From: an uncultured Nitrososphaerales archaeon
Lineage (GTDB): Archaea; Thermoproteota; Nitrososphaeria; Nitrososphaerales; Gagatemarchaeaceae
Length of the DNA stretch: 64,000 nucleotides
Assembly (NCBI GenBank): GCA_963706445.1
Contig: OY970160.1
Coordinates: 1,600,001-1,664,000, forward strand
Direction: 5' to 3'
In this document: one piece after another, positions 25,932-36,181 of the stretch
Layout: each line of letters begins with the position of its first letter
Numbering within the stretch: the first letter of the stretch is position 1
Translations under genes and position numbers: made by a program
Notes under the pieces: model-generated
Databases searched by the model: none
Seen by the model: only the letters and a program-made list of their open reading frames with translations
Told to the model about the DNA's origin: nothing

Positions 25932-26390
25932 CTACACTCCGATATCTTCGTTCCAAAGGGTGGGCCTGTCCTCGACAAACTTCTTCATCATGTCGACACA
26001 GTTGGGATCACTCAAGTTGATGAGTTTCACACCTCTCTTCAATAGATAATCTTCATGGCCTTTGAAATTCACGTTTTCTCCTATCACCACCAAAGGAATC
26101 TTGTACAGAAGTACTGCACCACTACACATATCGCAGGGCGAGAGTGTTGAGTACAAAGTGCACTCGGAGTACGTGTCCGCCTTCAATCTTCCCGCGTTCT
26201 CCAGGCAATCCATTTCCGCATGCAAAACCACACTTCCCTTCTGAACTCTCCTGTTGTGTCCTCTCCCGATCACTTTCCCTTTGAAAACTAGTACGGAACC
26301 TATTGGTAACCCACCCTCCTTCAAACCCTGCTGAGCCTCTTTCCAAGCTTCGGTCATGAATTTCTGGTAGTCACCTGAATCTTTTGACAC
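25932..26390 (-). CDS. Cytosine/nucleoside deaminase (fungal FCY1-like)
   Basis: EGGLPIGSVL, GHNRRVQKGS, HAE...PCDMC zinc motif and WNEDIG end. Confidence 0.9.
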   Translation of the reverse strand: MSKDSGDYQKFMTEAWKEAQQGLKEGGLPIGSVLVFKGKVIGRGHNRRVQKGSVVLHAEMDCLENAGRLKADTYSECTLYSTLSPCDMCSGAVLLYKIPLVVIGENVNFKGHEDYLLKRGVKLINLSDPNCVDMMKKFVEDRPTLWNEDIGV

Positions 26391-26544
26391 TGGGTTTGGA
26401 CCAATGACTTGCTCGCAAGGAGTAGTTGAATCTTGTCAAATTCTGCCAGCCGACTGCGCCTTTTCTTCTCTAGCCGACCTTACCGTTGCTTAAGACATCT
26501 TGTTTCAACTCATGTCCCACCCAAAGCCGTTCTCTTTCACGAGT

Positions 26545-26570
26545 TCATCCAAGAAAGGAAACTTGGATGA
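26545..26570. promoter_or_regulatory. 9-bp perfect inverted repeat; candidate operator upstream of the peptide ABC operon
   Basis: TCATCCAAG-aaaggaaa-CTTGGATGA in the divergent intergenic region. Confidence 0.45.
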
Positions 26571-26654
26571 TCTTCTGCGCTCTCGCATGATTCAGGCGTT
26601 CACGGATGCTTTGCAGAACATTTATGCAAGTCTGAAGTGAAGAGACGCTCTCAA

Positions 26655-27689
26655 GTGAACCTACTAAGGTACATCCTCCAAAGGATTGTCTTCGCCATAG
26701 TGGTCTTAGTCAGTGTAGTGACGATTACTTTCATCATAGCACATAGCCTGGGGTCCAACCCGATAGTGGCCTGGCTGGGACGGGACGCCGCGTCCCACCC
26801 CCAATTGGCCCAGCTTTTCGCGCAGCAATACCACCTGAACGACCCGATATGGGTCCAGTACTACTACTACATTGGAGGTCTCCTGGAAGGCAACCTAGGG
26901 TATTCCCCTTCGAGGGGCTTCGCACCAGTCCTGACGGTTTTGAGCCAGACCCTCCCATACACTTTGCAGCTGGTGTTCTTTGCTTTTCTCATAACCATAG
27001 GGCTCGGAATCTTGTTCGGAGTGCTCGCTGCGAAGTACGCCCACACTCCAGTCGACTGGGGAATCCGGACCCTCTACCTCGCAGGCTCGGCCTCCTCCCC
27101 CTTCTTCGTCGCTCTGGTGCTCCTTGTCGTCTTTAGCTATCTATTGAGGCTCCTCCCTAGTGGCGGCGCCTTCGATCTAAGCTTGACGACGGCTACTCCC
27201 ATCACGGGGTTTCCGCTGATAGACAGCCTCATCGAGGGAAACTGGGCTTTCTTCGCAAGTAGCCTGGAGCATCTGATCCTTCCAAGCTTCGCTTTGGCCC
27301 TCGTCACCTTTGGCGTCGTGACGAGGGTGCTGAGGAGCTCCCTGCTCGATGTTATGCGAATGAACTACGTCAGAACCGCAAGGGCGAAGGGACTTTCGGA
27401 GAACAAGGTCTTCTTCAAGCACGCGGTTAGGAACGCACTGATTCCAGTGGTCACGCTCTCATCTGTAGTCCTCACGTGGCTGATAACCGGCACGATTTTC
27501 GTCGAGAATGTCTTCGGCTATCCAGGGATGGGCCAGTACTTGGTTTCTGCCCTCGAGTACCAGGACTATCCCGGCATACTCGCCGTCGCGATAGTCTTTG
27601 CCATATTCATCGTCGTGGGAAACCTTGTCGCAGACCTTCTGTACGTATACATCGACCCGCAAATCCGGCTTGGAGGTAGAGTTGAGTAG
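26655..27689 (+). CDS. dppB: Peptide/nickel ABC transporter permease (DppB/OppB)
   Basis: YILQRI start, GNLGYS, RTARAKGL EAA loop and DLLYVYIDP end. Confidence 0.92.
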   Translation: MNLLRYILQRIVFAIVVLVSVVTITFIIAHSLGSNPIVAWLGRDAASHPQLAQLFAQQYHLNDPIWVQYYYYIGGLLEGNLGYSPSRGFAPVLTVLSQTLPYTLQLVFFAFLITIGLGILFGVLAAKYAHTPVDWGIRTLYLAGSASSPFFVALVLLVVFSYLLRLLPSGGAFDLSLTTATPITGFPLIDSLIEGNWAFFASSLEHLILPSFALALVTFGVVTRVLRSSLLDVMRMNYVRTARAKGLSENKVFFKHAVRNALIPVVTLSSVVLTWLITGTIFVENVFGYPGMGQYLVSALEYQDYPGILAVAIVFAIFIVVGNLVADLLYVYIDPQIRLGGRVE

Positions 27690-28548
27690 CCATCTTACCT
27701 CGCGCCTAAAGACCTTCCTCTTGCTCATCAGGAAGAGCAGGGAGGCTATGGCTGGAGCCGTCATCATCGGTGGATTCTTCCTGCTCGCTATCCTCGTAGA
27801 AGTCTCGGAGGTTCTAGGTGTCCGAATCACCCCCTACGGCCCTCTTCAGCAGAACACCGGACCTGTGCTGGCGCCTCCGTCGCTGGCCCATCTTTTCGGC
27901 ACCGACCCGCTGGGCCGGGACGTGTTCAGCAGGATGGTGGTTTCGACACCTAACGATGTGGCAGTCGGCCTTGCCGTCGTAGGAGTAGGCCTCTTGGTCG
28001 GTCTCATGATAGGCTCGGTCGCCGCCCTCAGAGGTGGGCTCCTCGATGAGTTCCTGATGCGCGTAACGGACGTCTTCTTCGCCCTCCCCGCGCTTGTCAT
28101 CGCGATGGTGGTAGCCGTCGCGCTTGGGCCGGGGATCACGAACATGATGATTGCACTCGTGATCATTTGGTGGCCTCCCTATGCGAGGCTCGCCAGAGGG
28201 GAAGCACTGAGGGTTGTCAACCAGAACTACATCGAGGCATCCCGTACCTCGGGTTATGGGACTGGGAGGATAATCACGAGGCACATCATTCCCAACATAT
28301 TCACGACCATGCTGGTCTACGCGACGCTTGACATTGGGACGGTCATCCTTGTTTACGCAGGTTTGAGCTACCTTGGCCTGTCGGTCAAACCCCCGACCCC
28401 CGACTGGGGGGAGATGGTAAGTTCCTACCAAGACTATCTCATATCGGCGCCCTGGCTCCCCATCTTTCCTGGGCTAGTGATTGCTATTGGGGTCGCAGGT
28501 TTCAGCTTGCTCGGCGACGGGCTCAGGGACGCCCTCGAGGCCAGGTAA
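27682..28548 (+). CDS. dppC: Peptide/nickel ABC transporter permease (DppC/OppC)
   Basis: HLFGTDPLGRDVFSR, YIEASR, LSYLGL...PPTPDWG and GDGLRDAL; TTG start overlapping the dppB stop. Confidence 0.92.
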   Translation: MSSHLTSRLKTFLLLIRKSREAMAGAVIIGGFFLLAILVEVSEVLGVRITPYGPLQQNTGPVLAPPSLAHLFGTDPLGRDVFSRMVVSTPNDVAVGLAVVGVGLLVGLMIGSVAALRGGLLDEFLMRVTDVFFALPALVIAMVVAVALGPGITNMMIALVIIWWPPYARLARGEALRVVNQNYIEASRTSGYGTGRIITRHIIPNIFTTMLVYATLDIGTVILVYAGLSYLGLSVKPPTPDWGEMVSSYQDYLISAPWLPIFPGLVIAIGVAGFSLLGDGLRDALEAR

Positions 28549-28549
28549 G

Positions 28550-29620
28550 ATGCCGACCCTGCTCGACATAAGCGACTTGACTCTACGATACATGGTTGGC
28601 AACCAACAATTCACCGCATTGGACTCGGTCAACCTCACCATGGCGGAGAATGAGTTCCTCGCGGTCGTCGGAGAGTCAGGGTGCGGCAAGAGCTCCTTGG
28701 GGCTCTCTATCATCGGCTTGACGCCTAAGAAATCGAGCCGAATCGTGAAAGGTTCCATCAGATACAAGGACGAAGATCTGGCAAGGCTACATCAGGATGA
28801 GTTGAGAGAATACAGAGGCACCGAGATAGCCATGATCTTCCAGGAGCCACTCACCAGCTTGAATCCTGTATACAAGATAGGTGACCAGATGGCGGAGGCA
28901 ATCGAAGTGAGAACAAAGCGGAAATCTGGAGTAAGGGCGAACAACGAGCTCGCGCAAAAAGTGTACGACGCCGCCTCAGGAGATCAGGGGAGCCTTTCGC
29001 GCGCATTGCTGATTCGCAGAGGCACTCGTCCCGAGGTGAAGAAGGAAATGGTGGATTGGCTCGACCTCGTGAGGATCGGCGACCCTGAACATGTTTTGGA
29101 GCTTTTCCCGTTCGAGCTCTCCGGTGGCATGAGGCAGCGGGTGATGATCGCCATGGCCCTTTCCCAGAAGCCTGCCCTGCTCATCGCAGATGAACCGACC
29201 ACGGCCCTAGATGTTACCACCCAAGCCCAAGTCCTCAAGCTAATGCGCGACCTGATGCACGAGGTCAATACGAGCATACTTCTGATCACGCACGACCTCG
29301 CCGTCGCTAGCCAAGTTGCCGACCGTGTAGTGGTCATGTACGCAGGTGAGATTGCCGAAGATGCGGAGGTCAACGCGTTGTTCAAGAAGCCTTTGCACCC
29401 ATATACACAGGGGCTTCTAAACTGCATACCGGCCGGGACGAAAGACAACTCCTTCTTGGCCCCCATCCCAGGCTCCGTCCCCGATTCCAATAACACCCTC
29501 CAAGGATGCAAATTCGCCCCGAGATGCCAATTCGCCTTCGACAGATGCCAATCAAACAGACCGAAGCTCATCAATCAGGGGGACGGCCATCAAGTCTCGT
29601 GCTTCCTCCATGACAAGTGA
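28550..29620 (+). CDS. dppD: Peptide ABC transporter ATPase (DppD/OppD)
   Basis: GESGCGKS, MIFQEP, LSGGMRQR, ADEPTTALDV and a C-terminal Cys cluster. Confidence 0.93.
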   Translation: MPTLLDISDLTLRYMVGNQQFTALDSVNLTMAENEFLAVVGESGCGKSSLGLSIIGLTPKKSSRIVKGSIRYKDEDLARLHQDELREYRGTEIAMIFQEPLTSLNPVYKIGDQMAEAIEVRTKRKSGVRANNELAQKVYDAASGDQGSLSRALLIRRGTRPEVKKEMVDWLDLVRIGDPEHVLELFPFELSGGMRQRVMIAMALSQKPALLIADEPTTALDVTTQAQVLKLMRDLMHEVNTSILLITHDLAVASQVADRVVVMYAGEIAEDAEVNALFKKPLHPYTQGLLNCIPAGTKDNSFLAPIPGSVPDSNNTLQGCKFAPRCQFAFDRCQSNRPKLINQGDGHQVSCFLHDK

Positions 29621-30617
29621 AGAACCGCTCCTAAGGGTCGTCAATCTGAAGAAGTATTTCCCGGTCAGATCGGGTGCGTTACTAAGGGGGGAACGCCGAT
29701 TTGTCAAGGCCGTCGACGGCGTCTCGCTTGAGCTGGGAACAGGAAAGACATTGGGCGTGGTGGGCGAATCGGGCTGTGGAAAGACCACCCTTGCCAGGGT
29801 GGTGTCCTTGCTCACCCCCGTGACCAGCGGCGAGATATATTTCGAGAGCAAAAGAATGGACAGAGGCCGGATGAACCCGAAGGAAGTCTATCGCAATATG
29901 CAAATTGTCTTTCAGGATCCTGATTCGAGTCTCGATCCACAGATGAGAGTGGCCGATTCGGTCGCCGAACCGATCCGAGGCCTCCTCAAAGGCCCTGAAA
30001 ACATGGTGGAGAAAGCGGTCAAAGATAACCTCGCTGCAGTTGGTCTATCCCACGAGCTGGGAAGTAGGCTCCCACGTCAGCTGAGCGGCGGCCAGAAACA
30101 AAGGGTAGCGATCGCCAGGGCGATATCTGTCCGGCCTAAGCTCGTGATCTTAGACGAACCGACCAGCGCCCTGGATGCCTCTATCCAGGCCCAACTCCTC
30201 AGGCTCCTCGTAGAACTTCAGAAGGAATTCAACCTTTCCTATCTGATCATAACTCACAATATCGCGGTGGCGAAGTATCTTTCAGACGCCGTCGCGGTAA
30301 TGTATGCGGGGAGGGTCGTCGAATATGGCCCCACATTAGGAGTCTTGGAGAACCCGAGGCACCCGTACACCGACCTGCTGATCAAGTCTGCCCCATTTCC
30401 TGACCCATCGCAAAGGAACCTCTTGCAAGCGGAAGTCAAGGGCGAGGTCCCAAGCTTGATTCATCCTCCGCCAGGTTGCCGATTCAACCCGAGATGCCCC
30501 CTCGTGGGGCCAATTTGCTTGACGGAGAACCCTCCTCTAAGAGAGATAGCCAGGTCCCAGTGGGTGGCGTGCCACTTCGCTGAAAAGACGGGACAAAAAG
30601 GGGTGCCTCCGGCCTGA
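29610..30617 (+). CDS. dppF: Peptide ABC transporter ATPase (DppF/OppF)
   Basis: KAVDGVS, GESGCGKT, LSGGQKQR and PPPGCRF...VACH. Confidence 0.93.
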   Translation: MTSEEPLLRVVNLKKYFPVRSGALLRGERRFVKAVDGVSLELGTGKTLGVVGESGCGKTTLARVVSLLTPVTSGEIYFESKRMDRGRMNPKEVYRNMQIVFQDPDSSLDPQMRVADSVAEPIRGLLKGPENMVEKAVKDNLAAVGLSHELGSRLPRQLSGGQKQRVAIARAISVRPKLVILDEPTSALDASIQAQLLRLLVELQKEFNLSYLIITHNIAVAKYLSDAVAVMYAGRVVEYGPTLGVLENPRHPYTDLLIKSAPFPDPSQRNLLQAEVKGEVPSLIHPPPGCRFNPRCPLVGPICLTENPPLREIARSQWVACHFAEKTGQKGVPPA

Positions 30618-30630
30618 CCGGGCAGGCCGC

Positions 30631-31404
30631 TTACTTGGCGAGCCAGCCGGCATCCACCGGAATGTCGATGGCGTTCACAAATGATGCAGCGTCGCTTGCC
30701 AAGAAGTAGGCGACCTCGGCGACCTCCCTAGGATCCGCAAAGCGCTTGAAGGCCTGGTCTGCCTTCTTGCGCGCTTCCAGCTCACCTGGTGTCGTGCCTC
30801 GGACTTTGGATTCAAGTTCGATGTTTCTGTGGAGCAAGGCCGTATCGATCAATCCCGGACTGATGCAGTTCACCCTGATGTTGCTGGGAGCGAGCTCCCA
30901 TGCGAGCGACCTAGTGAGGGATACAACGGCCCCCTTGGTCGCCGAGTAGATTCCTCGGAAAGGCTGACCAGAGTAGGCCGAGGCGGAGCCGACATTGACA
31001 ATCGCGCCCCGGTTCTTCGCCTTCATCTTAGGAGCGACGTGCTTGCACATGAGGAACGTTCCACCCAAATTGATGTCTACTATGCGCCTGTAGTCTTCCC
31101 AGGTAGTCTCCTCTAGAGGCTTGATCAGCGCAACCCCGGCGACGTTGATGAGAGAATCAATCCGTTGATATTTCTGGCTCAGAGCTTCAACGCTCCTTTT
31201 CACCTCGGCTTCGTTAGTCACGTCGCATTTCACGTAAGCGGAGGATCCACCACTGCCGTTCACCTCTTCTGATACCTGGCGTCCCCGTTCGTCTGTATCC
31301 AGAATCGCCACTTGGTATTTGCGCTCTGAAAACAGTCTTGCGGTAGCCTCCCCGATGCCGTTCGCTCCCCCAGTGATGATCGCTGTCGGAAGACTACTCT
31401 CCAA
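30631..31404 (-). CDS. Short-chain dehydrogenase/reductase
   Basis: TGGANGIG, NVAG, YSATK and IRVNCISPG. Confidence 0.93.
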   Translation of the reverse strand: MESSLPTAIITGGANGIGEATARLFSERKYQVAILDTDERGRQVSEEVNGSGGSSAYVKCDVTNEAEVKRSVEALSQKYQRIDSLINVAGVALIKPLEETTWEDYRRIVDINLGGTFLMCKHVAPKMKAKNRGAIVNVGSASAYSGQPFRGIYSATKGAVVSLTRSLAWELAPSNIRVNCISPGLIDTALLHRNIELESKVRGTTPGELEARKKADQAFKRFADPREVAEVAYFLASDAASFVNAIDIPVDAGWLAK

Positions 31405-31457
31405 ATCGTCACTGGGTTCACGAGTTATGATAATTTAATGTTCGTTCGCTTGCTGGA

Positions 31458-32042
31458 CTATAGTTTCGGTTTCCTGATGGTATGGTCCTCGGGGGGAGTA
31501 CGGCCGAGAGGCCTTGGCCCGTTGCCTCCTGCTATCGCAATGACCATCTCGTCTTTGCGGGGAGCGTCTGGGATGCACACCCGAACTGTGTCGACGTACT
31601 TCGGATCCCACATTTTCTTGTGTCTCATAGGGATGTACAATGTCGTCCCCATGGGGCCCTGAACTTCCGTTGCCTCGATGTACTCCTTGGCCACAGTATA
31701 ATCTCCGACGTACTCCCGGTATCCAGGAGCCAACCCGCCGTGCAGGATGGACGTGATATTTTCTAACTCGCCATCTTCCCCGACGATGCCCGCCTTCCCG
31801 AAGGTCTCAACTTTCTCCTCGCCACCTAACTCGTCCACCACCATCTTCCCAAGCTTGCTTCCAAGATCCCTTGCAAAAGGGAACAGGAAGGAAAGATCTT
31901 CGATGTACTCTCCCGCGTAGGGATTGGTCAACACGGCGGCTACGGTGAATCTGACAATCGGCTTGTCGAACTTCTTTCCCCTGTCCTCGTAGATTTCGTC
32001 TTTGATGGTAACCAATTTCCTCATTTCTGGAAGTGTGGGCAA
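31458..32042 (-). CDS. Amino acid synthesis family protein (DUF1185/AA_synth)
   Basis: AAVLTNPYAG, FGKAGIVGEDGELE and DAPRKDE...GPRP motifs. Confidence 0.85.
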   Translation of the reverse strand: MPTLPEMRKLVTIKDEIYEDRGKKFDKPIVRFTVAAVLTNPYAGEYIEDLSFLFPFARDLGSKLGKMVVDELGGEEKVETFGKAGIVGEDGELENITSILHGGLAPGYREYVGDYTVAKEYIEATEVQGPMGTTLYIPMRHKKMWDPKYVDTVRVCIPDAPRKDEMVIAIAGGNGPRPLGRTPPEDHTIRKPKL

Positions 32043-32098
32043 AGACCAAGCACCTAGCAGAAATTCTGGGGAGGTTCAGGCTTCAGCAATTTGTTGGC

Positions 32099-34078
32099 TC
32101 AGCTGCCTACGTATTGGATGGTCTGGAAGAACGGAACCGAATTCTGGGCGTCCCAGGAGGGGTCGAACATCATCGTGTTCTTGATTACGTGATTGTTCCA
32201 AACCGTGGAGCCGCCGTAGACCAGCCAGAGGCCGAACGTTCCGAGCCAATCGTAGGGAGCGTCGTTGTAAATCTGGCGCTGAGCCGCCGTGCAGTCTGTC
32301 ACAATCTGGGTCATGTCGGCAGTGGTCCCAAAGTCATTGACGCACTTCTGGACGATTGGGTTCGAGTACCCGGCCCAGTTCCCCCACACAGAGTTATTGC
32401 TGACAAAGGCTGACCAGTAATCTGAGGGCGCCCCGTAGGGTCCGAAGCCAAACCCGCCGTCGACCCATGCCAGCTGGCCTATTTGCTGCGCGTCGGCGAC
32501 GTTAGTCGAGTAACCTCCGAAGACGGAGAAGTAGTTACCGCTCGTCTCCGTTTCAATGGTCACCTGGATTCCGATCTGGGAGAGATCGGACTGGATGACT
32601 TGGGCTCCATTGGAACAGAGTTCGCACTCTGCAACTATCTTCAGCACAAGCGGCTGCATCGTCGCCACGTTCACCCCTGATTCGGTCAGGTACTGCTGGG
32701 CCAGAGTCAGGTTGAATTGATATGGAGTTAAACCGCCGAGATCGTAGAACTGAGACCATGAGGGAAATTCCGGTCCTACGAATTGGCTGTTAGCGCCCAG
32801 GAAGGCTTTCTGGTTTAGCTCGGTATAGTTTATCGCATGAACGATCGCTTGACGGAATGCAGTAATGTTGGTGGGATACACGTTTACATTCAGCCCGAGC
32901 GGATCTACCTCGCCACTCCAGGCTGGAAGGGTTAGGTAGGAGAACTGACTGTTTGATGTGACTAGGTTCCAGTCGCTCTGTTGGATTTCCGAAATCTGCA
33001 CGGCACCAGTCGATAGGTCGGTGTACCTCGACACGTCGTCCGGCTTGTAATACACGTCTACGTTCTTAACGTACCCTGGACCAAGGAGCGGCTGCTGAGC
33101 GATCTGGGCGGCCGTCAGGTTGCGTCCCCAGTAGGTGGGGTTCTGGGTGAATGTCGTGTATGAATTAGTTACCGCACTTACCACCTTGTACGGGCCGGTC
33201 CCTGGAATCGGCACCGTCTCGAATGGGGCGTTGTTGGGAGACGCCGGCGTTCCAAATCCTCCATGTTCAAGGACGTACTGAGAGTCGTAGAGTAATCCGG
33301 CGTAGGACAAGCCTGTTCCCGCCACCCATGGAAACGGTCCCTTCAGATGGAAGACGAGGGTGTATGCATCGGGAGCATAAATCGGCCAATTACTGTTCGA
33401 CATGACAGCAATTGCCGATTGGGATGGGTTGACCAAGCCTCCGGTCTGGTTGATCATCGATATGGTGGCCGGACCAAAAACGACGCCTGTGTAGTCGAAT
33501 ATGTTGTAATTGTTGAGCCAACCGGATGCATTCCCCTCCAGGTAGTACGTTGCGTAGAACTGCATCCATACTTGGTATGAGTTGAACGGGTCGCCGTTCG
33601 AAAATGTGACGCCGTGCCTTAGGTGGAAGGTCCAGACCGTGCTGTCTTGTGAAGAAGTCCAGTTCGAGGCAAGACCCGGCAGGAACTGCCAAGTGCCATG
33701 GTGCCAGAGGGCGGACTCGTTCACTGTGGTAAGCGTCTGATAAACGTCATATTCCTGATAATTAGGATACGGGTTGTACCAGCCCGTTATCTGGCTTAGC
33801 CCCCCGATCGGATACGCTTCTGCATCTATGGAAACAGTGTTCGGGACTGAAGTGGTCTGCGTTGAGGTTGTCGACTGAGTCGAGGTGGTGGTCGTAGTCG
33901 TCGACTGGGAGGATGAGCTCGTTGTATTCTGCGAGGAGCTCGAAGTGGTAGTGCTGGAGCTTGAGGCCCCGCTGCTAAGGTAGTATGCGGCGACGACACC
34001 CGCCAATATTACAATGACAACAATAACAACAGCGGAAACGGTTTTTGTAATCGCCCTCCGATAGAGAGACAGCTGCAA
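32099..34078 (-). CDS. Peptide ABC transporter substrate-binding protein (family 5), archaeal membrane-anchored
   Basis: N-terminal TM, Ser/Thr-rich linker, LPGLASNW...WTFHLRHGVTFSNGDP, GTGPY and RQAIVHAIN. Confidence 0.9.
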   Translation of the reverse strand: MQLSLYRRAITKTVSAVVIVVIVILAGVVAAYYLSSGASSSSTTTSSSSQNTTSSSSQSTTTTTTSTQSTTSTQTTSVPNTVSIDAEAYPIGGLSQITGWYNPYPNYQEYDVYQTLTTVNESALWHHGTWQFLPGLASNWTSSQDSTVWTFHLRHGVTFSNGDPFNSYQVWMQFYATYYLEGNASGWLNNYNIFDYTGVVFGPATISMINQTGGLVNPSQSAIAVMSNSNWPIYAPDAYTLVFHLKGPFPWVAGTGLSYAGLLYDSQYVLEHGGFGTPASPNNAPFETVPIPGTGPYKVVSAVTNSYTTFTQNPTYWGRNLTAAQIAQQPLLGPGYVKNVDVYYKPDDVSRYTDLSTGAVQISEIQQSDWNLVTSNSQFSYLTLPAWSGEVDPLGLNVNVYPTNITAFRQAIVHAINYTELNQKAFLGANSQFVGPEFPSWSQFYDLGGLTPYQFNLTLAQQYLTESGVNVATMQPLVLKIVAECELCSNGAQVIQSDLSQIGIQVTIETETSGNYFSVFGGYSTNVADAQQIGQLAWVDGGFGFGPYGAPSDYWSAFVSNNSVWGNWAGYSNPIVQKCVNDFGTTADMTQIVTDCTAAQRQIYNDAPYDWLGTFGLWLVYGGSTVWNNHVIKNTMMFDPSWDAQNSVPFFQTIQYVGS

Positions 34079-34243
34079 CCTGCGTAACGGGTTAGGGGCG
34101 TTGGGATATTAAGCGTTTGGCGCGCTCTGTTCTTGGTGCACTAATCATGCAAGTACCGCGATTCTCAATCAAAAGCTGCTCGACCGTTTTGACCGCCCCG
34201 CCAAAGATTAAAATCACTCGTCAAGCGCAATCACGTTAGAACT

Positions 34244-35689
34244 TTGCCGGAAACGATCCTGAACTACGTCGGCGGAAAATGGACCGGTTCAGAGACGAGG
34301 GAGACTTTCGAAGTAAGCGATCCGGCGACAGCTGAGGTCCTAGCGAAGGCGCAGAAGTCCTCCACTGATGATGTGCGGGAAGCCATCGAATACGCGGCGA
34401 AGACGAGGGAGAATGGAATATGGGCAAACAATCCAAGGCAAAGGGCCCTCGCGATGTTGAAGTTGGCCGACATGATGGAGGCCGATGCTGAAACGCTTTC
34501 CCGGCAGCTTACGCTTGAGAATGGCAAGCCCTTGAAACTTTCAAGAGGGGAGATCAACAGCTCGATTGACCACATCAGGTTCTACGGAGGACTGAGCCGT
34601 GCCCTCTACGGACGTGCCATCGGAGTAGAGGAGACATCCTACAGCATAATCTCACGCGAACCGATGGGCATAGTCGGACACATAGTTCCCTGGAACTACC
34701 CAATCTTGCTGATGTTCAGATCACTTGCTGCTTCGCTTGCCGCTGGCAACATTTGCATCGTGAAGCCTGCAAGCTACACCCCCCTCACCGCCGCTCTGAT
34801 AATGCAGATGGTCGACAGGATACCGGGCTTCCCCAAAGGCGTCCTAAGTTACATCACTGGACCTGGACCTGTTGTTGGCGCGGAGATTGCGCGCAACCCG
34901 GAGGTCGACATGGTCACACTGACCGGCGATAACAAGACTGGGAAAGAGATACTCAGGCTAGCTTCGGAAAGCGTCAAAAAGGTTGCCTTGGAACTGGGAG
35001 GGAAATCTCCCAACATCGTTTTCCCGGACGCGGACCCGAAGAAAGCGATGGCTGGGGCCCTGTCAGGCGCCTTCCTAGTCTCCGGCCAGGTTTGCATGGC
35101 AGGATCAAGAGTGTTGGTCGAACGTGCCATCCACGACGACTTTGTCAAGTCGTTCAAGGCAGCTGCCAGCAAGATGAAAATTGGTAACGGCCTGGACGAG
35201 TCGACCGAACTCGGTCCGATTATTTCACGACAGCAGATGGAGCATATCCTTGAGTTCGTTGAAGAGGGAAAGAAGAACGCTGTTCTGGTGACGGGCGGGA
35301 GGCAGGTCACGGAGGCGGCATTATCCAAGGGGAACTTCATCGAGCCCACAATCTTCGATAACGTTCCAAACGATTCCAAGCTCGGGCAGGAGGAGATTTT
35401 CGGCCCTGTGGCTTCAGTGATGCAGTTCGAGGACGAGGAGGAAGCAGTCAAGATGGCGAACGACACCAAGTTCGGATTGGCGGCCGCGATATGGACCAAG
35501 GACATCTCCAGGGCCTTTAGGCTGAGCAGAAGGATTCGGGCTGGAACTGTATGGGTGAATGCTTACGGCAAGGTGTATGCGGAAACGGAGTATGGCGGGT
35601 ACAAGCAGAGCGGAATCGGAAGGGAGAGAGGGCTGGATGGAATCTACGAATTTACTCAGGCGAAACACATCTATTTCGGGTTAGATTAG
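34244..35689 (+). CDS. Aldehyde dehydrogenase
   Basis: PWNYP, KPAS, LELGGKSP, GQVC and EEIFGPV. Confidence 0.95.
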   Translation: MPETILNYVGGKWTGSETRETFEVSDPATAEVLAKAQKSSTDDVREAIEYAAKTRENGIWANNPRQRALAMLKLADMMEADAETLSRQLTLENGKPLKLSRGEINSSIDHIRFYGGLSRALYGRAIGVEETSYSIISREPMGIVGHIVPWNYPILLMFRSLAASLAAGNICIVKPASYTPLTAALIMQMVDRIPGFPKGVLSYITGPGPVVGAEIARNPEVDMVTLTGDNKTGKEILRLASESVKKVALELGGKSPNIVFPDADPKKAMAGALSGAFLVSGQVCMAGSRVLVERAIHDDFVKSFKAAASKMKIGNGLDESTELGPIISRQQMEHILEFVEEGKKNAVLVTGGRQVTEAALSKGNFIEPTIFDNVPNDSKLGQEEIFGPVASVMQFEDEEEAVKMANDTKFGLAAAIWTKDISRAFRLSRRIRAGTVWVNAYGKVYAETEYGGYKQSGIGRERGLDGIYEFTQAKHIYFGLD

Positions 35690-36181
35690 ACGGTTCTCCG
35701 GATCCGACGGAGGGAAGGTCAAGGACAAGAAGTTGAGTTCATTACCAACTACTTTGACGTGGTGGGGCCTCCGGAGCGACGACCTACCATGGTTGCTAGC
35801 CGCTGAAGGAGAAGCCCGATGAGTTCAACGAGCTTCTCTTCGACTTCGTTTCTGGAGTTGCTTATGCAGTCGCCTAAATATCGTGACTCTCGAGCATCGA
35901 GAGCTATCAGACTTCGAGAAAGAAGGATACAAAGCCATCTTCTGTTAACATTCGAGGTATTCTCCAACCCAAGGGCGGTCTCCCAAAGGTCGAAGTCTTC
36001 GATAGTCACTGGCTGCCAGATAACTTGGCAAGGGCAGCCAGACAATGCTGCAATTAGCATTGATTTCGAGGACAACCCAGCTAATAGTCCAGTTGGCGGA
36101 CACGCTTGGGACCATGGCCGACCTCTGCCTTTCTATGGATAGATAGTCGCAGGGATATTGGCGCTAACACGCCAGTCGTAA

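Noticed and set aside
33845-33975. Low-complexity repeat as a DNA-level element
   Set aside because: It encodes the Ser/Thr-rich linker typical of archaeal membrane-anchored binding proteins.
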